A stretch of DNA of 63,137 nucleotides, filler included, from Folioceros fuciformis (lineage: Eukaryota), in the NCBI GenBank assembly GCA_049999805.1. It is 7 parts of 7 records of this genome, joined end to end, with 100 filler letters (N's around TTAATTAATTAA, not from the genome) between each part and the next. Parts side by side here need not be neighbours in the genome. Positions count along the whole stretch, not along the records: positions 20,810 to 52,714 come from JBNGIO010001223.1; 6 more parts are not named here. One strand, given 5' to 3'. Below are positions 35,820-46,448 of this stretch, piece by piece. The first letter of the stretch is position 1; each line of letters starts with the position of its first letter. The notes under the pieces are model-generated. The model saw only the letters and a list, made by a program, of their open reading frames with translations, did not search any database and was not told the origin of the DNA. Position numbers and translations under genes: made by a program.

Positions 35820-36350
35820 ACGAAGTTTCTGTGAAGGACGTGGTGACATGGAATATGTTGATAAATACTCCCAGTAGGGCATGGGCCAGGAAGACCCTTC
35901 GGCCGTACGGTGCATCTGATGGAAGATGAGTGCATCGGTAAACCAGATGCTGTGACGTTTGCGTGTCTCCATCAGGCATGTGCAAGTTTGAGTTCCCCGG
36001 CTCTAGAGATGCGCAAGTTAGTGAACAAGGTACCTTTGTGATGTGTTTGTGGCCAACAGTTTGATGTACATGTATGCGAAGTGTGGCAGCCTTGACGACG
36101 AGCAGCGAGTGCATATTTGATCGGCTCGATCAAAAAGATGAGATGACATGGACTGCACTAATTGCAGATGACACATTGGGGATGGGAGAGGAAGCCCTTC
36201 GACTCTACAGAACTATGCAAGGAGGAGTGAGTGTACCAAATTCCATAACGTTCTTGTGCCTCCTGCAGGCACGTGCAGATGTGGCAGCTCTGGAGCCGGT
36301 AAGGCAGCTACATGCACAGATTGAAGAACAAGGGCTTCAAGACGATGGGG
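35820..36350 (+). pseudogene. Degraded PLS-class pentatricopeptide repeat gene fragment
   Basis: Frameshifted motifs KDVVTWNMLI, YAKCGSLDD, FDRLDQKDEMTWTALI, EEALRLY, PNSITFLCLLQA and QLHAQI. Confidence 0.75.
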
Positions 36351-36706
36351 AATCTGGTTTTACCATCCTCAGGCAAGCGTTCGACGGGCCCAGCTCATTG
36401 CTTCACGCATCCAGAGGAATTGTTATCTGCTTCACGAGAGACAAATGTTGTGGGTTGTCCCTCCCAAGCCCCTAGAGCCCAGTCCCCAATCTTCACAGAC
36501 CTACCAGTGAAATGTAACCCACACTGCCACTGTCTGCGTTATGATCGCCCTTGCGACGCTCAATTCGTTCCACCGAAACAAGAGCTTCACAACGTCGGCC
36601 AGGTGACAGTCGCTACCTAGAAGCAGAGTGGAGAACCCATCTCCTCCTCCCACTGGCTGTGGAGGTGGGTACCGCCTGCAGAGAGCAAGAGACACGACGA
36701 ATGGAT

Positions 36707-37178
36707 TCAAGTGACGACACATTCTTTCCGAGCTGATAATGAAAAGGGGCAAAGGGAAAGGATTCGTATACTGCTCACATTGGAGAAGCTCAATCGAGCT
36801 GACATGGACCTTCTTCGGCTGTTCGTCTCCTCACAAGCCTTGTAAATCACAAAACAACCTCCAGCCACAAGAAACCCGAGCACAGCACCCAACCACAGGG
36901 GTGCAGCTGCATCCACATCCCCATAGCCGCCAATCAGAACGCAATCAAAGTCGAAGCTCCTGCAGAGCCTGGTAGGATAGACCTCAAAATGGTATCTCAC
37001 TTATAGCGTACGCAGCCAAGGTCCCAACGCCGGCCCCGACAGCGCTCAACCCAACAGGAAGCAGAGCCTTCTTCACCACTTTTCGTACTGTCTTGTAGAA
37101 GCGCGAGCGAACCACATTCCAGATCAAAGTGTACGCCTTGTCCTTCACCCAGAGCTTGAATCTAGCCCACCGGCCCAT
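36707..37178 (-). CDS. Possible small uncharacterised membrane protein
   Basis: MGRWARFKLWVKDK...LLPVGLSAVGAGVGTLAAYAI followed by PLWLGAVLGFLVAGGCFVIY. Joining these needs an unusually short (~41-nt) intron. Confidence 0.3.
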
Positions 37179-37871
37179 CGCGATCCCCGATAGCAACACT
37201 CATCCCTGCCTCTACTAGTCTAGAGGGTGCTAAACGAGAGCGATGGCCAAACGCAAGCCTGCCTGGGACACGCGTCAACTGTCCTCGATAGGCTCTCGCT
37301 TCGACGCGTGTCCTAGGCAGGCGAGCAGGCGTCTCTCTCCTCCTTTCGCATTGTCTAGAAGCACGAGTACATTGCATTGCACGCCCGTCACCCAGCGCTT
37401 AAATCCCGTCTACTCGCCCACCGCTTTCCCCGCTAGCAAGGATTTGTAGGTGCTACAGTGTCCTTCTGTTCCTACACATGATGCCTATGTTCCTCGAACG
37501 TATCGAACGTGACTACGGAACCAGCACGCAGAGATCCATATTGGTTTTGGCTCGCAAGGCCCAGCCAAGAGGAAGGCCTTTCCAAATATTCTCAGGGGCC
37601 CCGAAAGGCCCAAGAGGGGGGTTGGAAAAAGTTTTCAACCAGCAATTGACGCGTCTCGGTTTTACCTCACTAACTGCGTCATTGCCCCAAGCGCAAAGAT
37701 ATCTGATTGGTCGAGAGCCCGGCTCATATAACATCTGCCGAGTTCACGTTTTTGCTGGTCCAATATGGGTTTATTCCAGGATTTGTATTCCATTACTGGG
37801 ATGCCCTTCGATACGACGGGGCAGGGTGCAGGGTGCAGGGTGCAGGCGAACCAAGCCAGTCAAGTGGTGTG

Positions 37872-39830
37872 ATGCTGCGTGCTGTTTCCTCCCCAGCCTT
37901 GTGGCGGCCGGTGACGGGATTTGCTTGGATTAGTGGTGGGGTCGGCAGGAGATGGAGGAGTCTGCAGGACAATGCTCCCTTCCTCTCACCGTCTTTCTCT
38001 TGGGTTGCTCCGGGTGGGAAGGTTGCTGGTAGTGGAAGGCGAATTTTTGCAGCTGGTGAGACCCTCTTTGGGCTCGCAGGAAGGGAGCAAATGCAAGTTG
38101 GAACCTGAGAACTGTGCTTGTTCTCTCCATAGGAAACCTTCCGGACGAGATTGTGGGAGGGGTGGATGTCAGTGAAAACGGTGACGACATAAAGTCTGAA
38201 GATGAACAGGCTGTGGAGCTAGAGAATCGTGGACGTGAGGCATGTTCTGTGACCTTTGGAATGGCGCGTTTTCTTCGTGGAGGAAGTAGCAGGAGAAAGC
38301 TAAATTTTGTATTTTGGTCACGTACTATCAGGGCAAGCTGGAGCCTGGGTTGTATCTGGTTGCAACCCCGATTGGAAATATGGAAGACATCACTTTCCGG
38401 TAAGTAATTTTCATTGCAGTAGGAAGGAGATCATGGGCTTTCTCACGCAGCCGTGATGACATGCTGGAGTGGTTGATAAACGGTGTGCAGTGCCATACGA
38501 GTTTTGAAATCAGCTCAGCGGATTCTTGCTGAGGACACCAGGCATTCGAGGAAGCTGCTTAACTACTACAACATCCATACGCCCATGGTGTGTCATTAAC
38601 CTCACGGTAGTCTCTTCAACATGCCTGTCCCTTCGGGAACTTTCTGGTCATGTATGTTATCGGGATTGTGGTTTGCTACTCATGATCAGCTGGTGCTGAA
38701 ATGCAGACGAGTTACCATAAGTTCAACGAGACTGCCAGCCAACGGAAGATCGTGGAATGGCTGCAGACGACGGAGGACATCGTTGCTCTCATATGTGATG
38801 CAGGCACCCCTGGGATCAGTGATCCTGGTGCTGATCTGGTGTGCCCCACTCTATCATCCGCGCTGCTTCTCTTGTCCTTGTAACATTCTGCCACTGACAA
38901 GCAGTTCACCTCTTAGGTTCTGGCTTGTGTGAGGGCAAAGGTTCCCGTGTATCCAATCCCCGGCCCTTCTGCTGCCATCACGGCACTTATTGCATCTGGC
39001 TTGTCTACGGATGAATTCTCATTCGGTGAGGTCCATTCTCTTCCCTCGCTCACATTGCGCAGATCGATAACTGAAGACAGCGATTTTGACCCCAATAATC
39101 TGCTCATGGCAGTTGGTTTTCTTCCAGCACAAGCAAGTGCAAGAAGACAGAAGCTGACAGCTTGTGCTCAGTCCCCTGGCACGCAGATATTCTATGTCCC
39201 CCCCCACAAACTGCAAAGCATCCTTGAAGACTGTATACTTACCTTTGGTGGCTCCAGGTCTCGGAACATGCGTATAGCAACACAACCTGAGCTATGCCTG
39301 TCCTTCCTCTCTCGCATGGCCTCACCTTGAGCATGTTGTGGCAGGCAGTGTGTAGTTGCGAGAGAGCTTACCAAAATTCATGAAGAAGTGGGTGAAAGAC
39401 ACCTGCCTGTGATGCAGCTCGCTGTTGCTCTGGTCGTATATTGACGAAGAACGCTTTTTTGCAGTTTTGGCGAGGCGATCTGACCGAGGCCCAGGAGGAG
39501 TTCACCAAGAGAATCCCGCGAGGGGAAGTCACGCTGCTCGTGGCGGGCTCTTCTGGTGATGCCCTGCCAACTGTGGAGGAGTTGGAGTCTCGACTTGAGG
39601 TGTTGCTTGAATCGGGAACGTCTCCTTCAGAGGTACTGTGACGAGCACAGCACGTCCAATGCTTTGTTCATTTTGTTTACTTAACACAGCTATGTTGACC
39701 TTTGTAGGCCAGCAGACAAGTGGCAAAAGAAACCTCAGTGCGGAGGAACACTGTGTATTCTCTTGCTCTGAAGTTGTTCACACGGAAGCGTGAGGAGGAT
39801 CTGTTAGCAGGGAACAAGCAACCTCGGTAG
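37872..39830 (+). CDS. rsmI: 16S rRNA (cytidine1402-2'-O)-methyltransferase, organelle-targeted, multi-exon
   Basis: GLYLVATPIGNMEDITFRA, LAEDTRHS, SYHKFNE, DAGTPGISDPG, PIPGPSA, GFLP, FYVPPHK, VARELTKIHEE and RGEVTL; stop at 39828-39830; transit-peptide-like N-terminus. Confidence 0.92.
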
Positions 39831-40045
39831 TAGCATTGGCAGAAGGCTCCTGTGAAGCTGCCGGGTTCCATTCCCACTTAGCATCAATTTGTACACATGC
39901 ACGTCATGTGAGGACTTGGCTTGATAGAAGCCAAGTGCAACTGCACGAGTGCTACAAGGGTGCATACATAGCAGAGACGTCGGTGAGGCGCTTACTGCAA
40001 CACTGTTGAAGCCCTATTATAGATCCATGCAAGTGGGAATAACAT

Positions 40046-40402
40046 GATTGAAACCCTACATTCATAATAGGGTTACATGGTTGCAATGTTAAAGCCCTAA
40101 ATCCATAGTAGGAATACAAGGTTAGTACGGTTGCAACCCCACATCCATAGTAGGTTTAAACCGTTTCAATTTCGAAGCCCTACATCCATAATAGGGTGAT
40201 AACATGATTAAAACCCAAGATAACATGATTGAAACCCAAGATAACGTGGTTGAAACCCTACATCCATAATAGAGTTACAGGCTTTCATCCATAATAGGGT
40301 TACAGGATTGAAATCCTATATCCACAATAGGGTTATGCCAGGGAAACCCTACATCCATATCAGGGTTATATAATTGAAATCCTCAATCCACAATAAGGTT
40401 AC
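40046..40402. repeat. Degenerate minisatellite of hairpin-forming units GAAACCCTACATCCATAATAGGGTTA
   Basis: About 9 imperfect copies with short related linkers; each unit has an AACCCTA...TAGGGTT inverted repeat. Confidence 0.8.
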
Positions 40403-40559
40403 AAAATCGGCTCTAGTTCAAGGTAGGCCCATGTGGCCATGGGTAAGGATTCCTTAAAAGACTTATCATAGGACCCTGAATGGGTTTCATGGGCAAGGAT
40501 TATTCAAAAACTTACGATAAGGTCTTCGCAATTCCCATGTTAACAGCCCTCAGTCGGTC

Positions 40560-40925
40560 GCGTGGAGTTTCACGATCTGGGAACCAGCTGGGGAGTGTCA
40601 GGACATCATTTGTGGCAAGGCCCTTTCCCAGGACGAAGATGACGGATGAGTGGTTGCCTATGTTCACGACGAGGAAGCAGTAATTTCCTACGGAAAACCG
40701 GCCTTGTGCTCCGTCCCATCCCACCGAAACTATTGCTTTGAAATTGGTGGTCAGGACTCAGCACATGGCCATGTGGCGTTCGTGTGCTCACAAGATAAGG
40801 GGCGTCCATGTGTTGCCGTTGTACACCTTAGATGCACGGAACTTCAGGGAAGAGCCTGTGGCAAAGCTACAACGTCCGCAGCGAGTTCCATATGGTTATC
40901 ACGGAACGAATTTTTCTGAGGAGGA
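40560..40925 (+). pseudogene. Carotenoid cleavage dioxygenase (CCD-like) C-terminal fragment
   Basis: VEFHDLG..FVARP..QDEDDG*VVAYVHDE, then LYTLDARNFREEPVAKLQRPQRVPYGYHGT; frameshift and stop present. Confidence 0.8.
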
Positions 40926-41084
40926 GCCGGAGCACTCTCTCCAGAATCAAGCCTTCCCAGTAAGCAGTATCCTAAGGACATTGGAGGAGCAAGAACCACA
41001 ACACAATTCAATCGTGCAATGGTGCATTGCTGCTCCACTTAAGCTAGTAGTCTGCTGAGCATTTGTTGCCTCGCGGAATTGAAG

Positions 41085-41390
41085 GCAGAGTTTCACAACC
41101 TGGGAATTCGTAACCTTTCTTCCTGGCAAAGCCCAATCCCCAGGCCGAGGTTGAAGGACGGGTGGTTGACTATGTTCACGACGAGGAGGCAGGGATCTCC
41201 CACGGAACAGAAAACTTCTGCTCCATCCCATCGTCACGGGATCTTCGACTTGAAAACTGCAGGCAGCACAATGCCAATCTTCTCCTTAAAGAATATGGGC
41301 AGCAATGCCATGTGGTGGTTTCATCCTCAGCACGATGAAAGTGACTTTGTTTTGCTGCAGTTGCATAGGATAGACGCACGCAGAACCTCA
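41085..41390 (+). pseudogene. Second, more decayed copy of the CCD fragment
   Basis: gagtttcacaacctggg...gtggttgactatgttcacgacgaggaggcag parallels 40565-40680, and similarity continues into the following intron (tgctccatcccatc vs tgctccgtcccatc). Confidence 0.65.
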
Positions 41391-41832
41391 AGTGAGAGTA
41401 GTTGCAACTGCTGTGAAGGCATAGGGATGCAAAACGATGTTCCAAATCCGAAGCCTCGGAAGAGGAAAATAGGAGGACACAGAAGCCCTAAATGACCACG
41501 TACCCAACGGAGGATCATGAACAAGGCTGTATGCCCCTGCGTGGATCACCGGCGATCGAGCAACGGCTCCTTGATGTGCTCAGCGTCGGATGCCTCTTCA
41601 TCGCCATACATAAGCAGCAGGACACGTGTCCTGCCTTCAACATGGTTTCCCAACAGCGCTTCTGTCACCAACAGGCGGCCGGCCATTGGCTCCTAAGGAT
41701 TATGGTGCTCAATCGGCCCGAGCCTCGTTCGGTGAAGGCAGACGATTGGCTGGAGAAGTTCCCGAGCCTGCTCGCCGCCTATTCCTTATCCCGTTTCATG
41801 GCCGCAACGGAACGGGGAGGCTAGTGCAGCAG

Positions 41833-41898
41833 GATAAGCCTGGCTCGGCAAACCGAACCAGCAGGAGACCTGTGGCTACCACACTCTGGCCGCACGTC
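41833..41898 (+). promoter_or_regulatory. Possible I-box (GATAAG) and ACGT-core element upstream of ferredoxin
   Basis: GATAAG at 41833 and CACGTC at 41893, 140-200 nt before the ATG. Short motifs only. Confidence 0.25.
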
Positions 41899-42026
41899 AT
41901 TTCCCTCAAATCTTTGCCTCCGCCTATTGCTTGTATTGCATTCACGCATCAAGCACGCTTACAGCTTCAGCGGCGCAAGGCACAGCACGCCCCCCGACCC
42001 GCTCCGGCAGGCCACCGAGGACGTGA

Positions 42027-42479
<453 letters not shown>

Positions 42480-42898
42480 ATGGTTTTCAATATTGCTTAG
42501 GTCCTACAGTCATTCTTTTTGTACTTTGAGTCACGTTGAGCTGTCTCCGCAGCTTGGCTTGTTTGGGTAGAAACTACGAGGCCTTCATCAGGGCTGGTTC
42601 CCTCAGCAGCGAGCGGAGCGTTTGCATCAAAATGCCACCCATCTCCAACTAGGGTTTCCAGCTAGGGAATGATAAGGGACTTCGATGTTCTCTTCAGTTC
42701 TGTGCGGTTTCCTTCCAAATGTGCAATAACATCGACATTTGTATATTTGTATCATCCGCACCAATTGCTGAAATCCTGTTGTGCGTGCTATTCGCCGAGG
42801 ATGGATTTCCATCCTCTGAGTAGCAATCGATCGAGACTGCAGGCAAAATTACATGTCCTTCAATTTAGTACAACTCGCTTGTGTATCTGTCATTCAAC

Positions 42899-44013
42899 CT
42901 AGTTCTTCTGCTTCTTCGACAAGTGACCAAAATCTTGCAAGCTCACTCCTGCATCCTCATCCGTCTCGATGCCTAACTCCTCCTGTCTTCAGGCAACAGC
43001 AAGATCAAACGGTGTAATTGCAAAACGTAGGATGCTCGCATTTCGTATTTGGAGAACGGACTCCGGAGTCAGAAATAACCTTGAATTCGGCGTGGTTCCT
43101 AGGCATCGTTTCAGTTATCATGTCCCAAAGATCTTTGAACATTCGCTTCCTCTTCCTCCACTGTGCCATCTTGGACTCGTACGCCTCTTGTATTTTCTGT
43201 CTTTCTTCTGCTGTTATGGCTGGTGGTCCTTCTCTAAATTTAGCCAGTTTCTTCTCCATTCTAGCTATCTGCGTGCGGATGTTCCTGTCAGCTGAAAATT
43301 GCAAACGAAGATAGGACCTTACAAGATTAAACTCGCATATGCTGATGGGAGCCTGACAACCAGGAGGTTCGATAACCTTTTCAGTGAGCTTGGATACTTT
43401 TTCAGCAATTTGCTCCCCCGTCATATTCGATTCTACAGAACGGATCTCTGCATAGAAGAACTGAGAAAACTTAGCTGCATGCCGGGATAAAGGGAATGCC
43501 AGCGAAATGGATAGCTACCACTGACATGCACCTGCTTCTAGCTCAGTCACTGCCTTTTTCTCAGCTGCTAGCTCTTCTTGCAAATCGTCGTTCAGTTTCT
43601 TCATCTGCTCGAGTTCCTCGGCATTTGGGATTTCAAACTGGTCTTGCTTGGCGAGATATATTCTCTGCTTGCCATATTCTTTGAAGGAGAGCCTCCCGCT
43701 GTCTGCAAGATTATCCAGTGCCTTCTGTATACCTGCTTTCTTGAAGTTGAACTTTTGAAGAGCATCAGCAACATTCTGAGAATTGAGCGGCCTGTTTTGC
43801 TGCCAATCGTTCGCAACTGTCAGTTCGGCTGGAACTGATGACATTCAACCAACCCCTCAGAATGCACAGAAGAGTACCTCGTTGACATACGCGAGCACAT
43901 GAGCTGATGAAAACCAAACAAGCACTAGAAATCAGCGCCAGCTGGTGAGAACAAACAATCAGTCCTCATTTTGCAAGAGCCGCAAACAAAAGGTCACCTT
44001 CTTCCACAGCCAT
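42899..44013 (-). CDS. HOP2: Homologous-pairing protein 2 (meiotic, TBPIP family), multi-exon
   Basis: MAVEEAHVLAYVNE|QNRPLNSQNVADALQKFNFKK...FKEYGKQRIY...WRKRKRMFKDLWD...|EELGIETDED; GT-AG introns. Confidence 0.92.
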
Positions 44014-44236
44014 CTTCCAAACAGATACCACGCCCAGGCATCAGGAACCCTGCAGCGCCCTCAGCCTTGGCCTCCTGCAGGAACTCGCTCGAAACGAAGC
44101 ACTTTCCTCCTTGCCACAAATTCCACGACCCGAGGAAGAGAGCAAACGGCGCATGACGCCGCTAGTCATGCAACAATGCTGGCATTTTCCCGCCTAAACA
44201 GCGTTAATCCAGCTTCCAGTCTGGATTTAGAATTGA

Positions 44237-45433
44237 ATGGACGGAAACCCCCCGACCGGACATGTTTGTTTTGTGGCCTTTCACCAACCGAAGCTCGCTC
44301 TCCCAGCTATGGCGCTCGCGGGAGCTTCGCAGTGCAGCTTCTCACGTTTCTGTGCAGATGACGGTGCGCCGCGGCTTCCAGCGGCGAGGCCGCCAGCCAA
44401 GCGCGCCTACATTTGGTTGCCCGGATTTCGGCCGGGATCTCTCACTGTAGCAGTACCTTCACACTCAGCGTCTGCTGGCAGCTACAGGCGGAGGGCGAGA
44501 TGGTCCGAGAACCGTTCAGAAGGGGCGCTGGATACGGAAAACGGCTATGGCGCTTCCACTAGCGGCGAGGAGGAGGAGGAGAGGGGAAGCAAGCCGGGGC
44601 GGGGAAGGCCACGGCTCTGGCTGCTGGTCGGGGCTGTGGTGGCTACGGGACTAGTGATCATGGTGGCAGTAGGCAGGGGGATGTTTGCCGGCGTGGAGGG
44701 AATTGGATCTGCAGCACCTGCTGCTGCTGCCGCGGACGTGCAGGCTCCGGTGCACATCACGTGGGAGTTCTTCGGCAGGAAGCTGGACCTCGGACAGCGC
44801 ACTCCTGGCTGGGTCTACTTCTGCATGCTTATGGCTGCCGGATTCGGGCTCTTCGTGAGCGAGGAGGCCCTCAACGTCTGGGTTGGCACCGCACTCGGAC
44901 GGAGCCTGGCGTTGGACGGATCCAGGGAAGCCTTGCTCAGATCTCTGTCGGAGAATGTGGGCTACATAACATCTACGGTGCTCTGGGTGTACTGGGGAGT
45001 GTGCATCAGTGACATGGTGCCTTTCTACGCAGGCCGGCTGGCGGCCAGGTCGGGAGGCAGGATCCACGACAAAATTGGCGTGAGCAAGCAGCAGGTGCAG
45101 AAGGTGATGGCCTCGGTGCAGCGGTATGGCAATTTGATCGGTTTTGTGGAACGCTTCTCGCTCGGAGTTCGCAATCCAACGTCGTTCCTGGCTGGTGCGG
45201 CCGGCATCGCTCCTGAACGATATTTTGCAGGGGTTTGCGTCGGAGGGTTAATTACGCTACCCCTACAGCTAGGGGTTGGGATTGCGTTGAGAGAGCATCC
45301 TGTAAGGGCTTTGGCCACAGTGGCGTCCTTCGTGGCTGCTGTTTCCATTTTCCCTTATCTTGCAGCGGGCCTTGCCTCGCTTGCTTTCATGTTGCGGCGG
45401 CAGCTTGGTTGGTCCGCGAGCCCACGTTCTTAA
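44237..45433 (+). CDS. DedA/VTT-like integral membrane protein, probably plastid-targeted, intronless; start may be 44309
   Basis: GWVYFCMLMAAGFGLFVSEE, VYWGVCISDMVPFYAGR and YGNLIGFVERFSLGVRNPTSFLAG resemble the DedA re-entrant-helix motifs; several TM segments. Confidence 0.8.
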   Translation: MDGNPPTGHVCFVAFHQPKLALPAMALAGASQCSFSRFCADDGAPRLPAARPPAKRAYIWLPGFRPGSLTVAVPSHSASAGSYRRRARWSENRSEGALDTENGYGASTSGEEEEERGSKPGRGRPRLWLLVGAVVATGLVIMVAVGRGMFAGVEGIGSAAPAAAAADVQAPVHITWEFFGRKLDLGQRTPGWVYFCMLMAAGFGLFVSEEALNVWVGTALGRSLALDGSREALLRSLSENVGYITSTVLWVYWGVCISDMVPFYAGRLAARSGGRIHDKIGVSKQQVQKVMASVQRYGNLIGFVERFSLGVRNPTSFLAGAAGIAPERYFAGVCVGGLITLPLQLGVGIALREHPVRALATVASFVAAVSIFPYLAAGLASLAFMLRRQLGWSASPRS

Positions 45434-46448
45434 AGATTTCCCGACCTAACACACCGTGCGCGCGGGACCTTGTGCTGACACGCCAAGTTTGGGATCCTTC
45501 TCCACCTCAAGTTCGCGACTAACGGGTAGCTTTTTGGCTACAGCCCAGTATGCTCCTTCCTCACCATACTATGGTTCTCCAGTTGTTCCGCCCTGTAGAG
45601 AGCCTAGTCCGTCTCAATACGCAAGGACCGCGCCATTCAGGTAATACATCGGAAAAATCATCCGGTAACTTCAACACAAACGCCAACTGAGACCCTGAAG
45701 CGGGCTAACATTAAGTACCCGAAGAACTACATATTGCCGATGTTGATCATTGAACTCGTTCTTGATTCTGTCTTGCAATTTCTCTACAAAAAGTGGAAGG
45801 CTACTACCTCCAGTCACCAACCTCCTGAAGGGGGGATCAAACCAGACAGGCAGGCCTCCTCAGAAGCGACATGCAAGCCCGCAAACCCATCGTGAGGTTA
45901 CGGACCTGATGAACATGGAGTTTGGGTTTAACAAGTACCCTCTCCTCTTCAAGTTTCCGGATGGAACAGGTTCCCCACCTCCTGTTAACGCAGCTTCTTG
46001 CGTTGAGAAGAGCTGCAGCATTGCCTATGTCCTGAACATATCCGTAGGCAGCCAACGCTTGTAAACTGCTGAATTGACCAGACCAGATGGGAAAGGAGGT
46101 AGTTCTCGGATTGCAAGCCGTGCTGTATCCTCGTACTAGCGAAGGAATGCTGCCGGGTGTAGAATGGTGCCCGACACTGGCTCTTGCACCTCCAAGCACC
46201 GGATCCTGCATATCCAAACATTGTTAACGATTTTACAAGAAAAAATACACGACCTACGACCGGTGACAAGACACAGTTTTGAGAACCAGCCAGCAATTCC
46301 ACTGACCTTGCAAAACATTGGGGCCTCACTGGGGCTTGCAGAATGCAGGTGCCGCCAGCATAATTGAGAGGCAAAGCATGCAAACAATCCCACCGAAACG
46401 GCCATCAACTTTGGCACTCAGCTTAAGTTATAACACCTTCAATCCCAT

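Noticed and set aside
40046-40402. CRISPR-like array (palindromic repeats, ATTGAAAC and GTTTCAAT words reminiscent of cyanobacterial repeats)
   Set aside because: Units are degenerate, linkers are short and related to each other rather than unique 30-40-nt spacers, there are no cas genes, and the context is eukaryotic.
41530-41650. Weak resemblance to a receptor-kinase C-terminus (EQRLLDVLSVGCL)
   Set aside because: Too short, with no kinase catalytic motifs.
45700-46200. Protein-like fragments downstream of FPG on the minus strand
   Set aside because: Stop-interrupted and unrecognised; may be 3'UTR or a gene relic.
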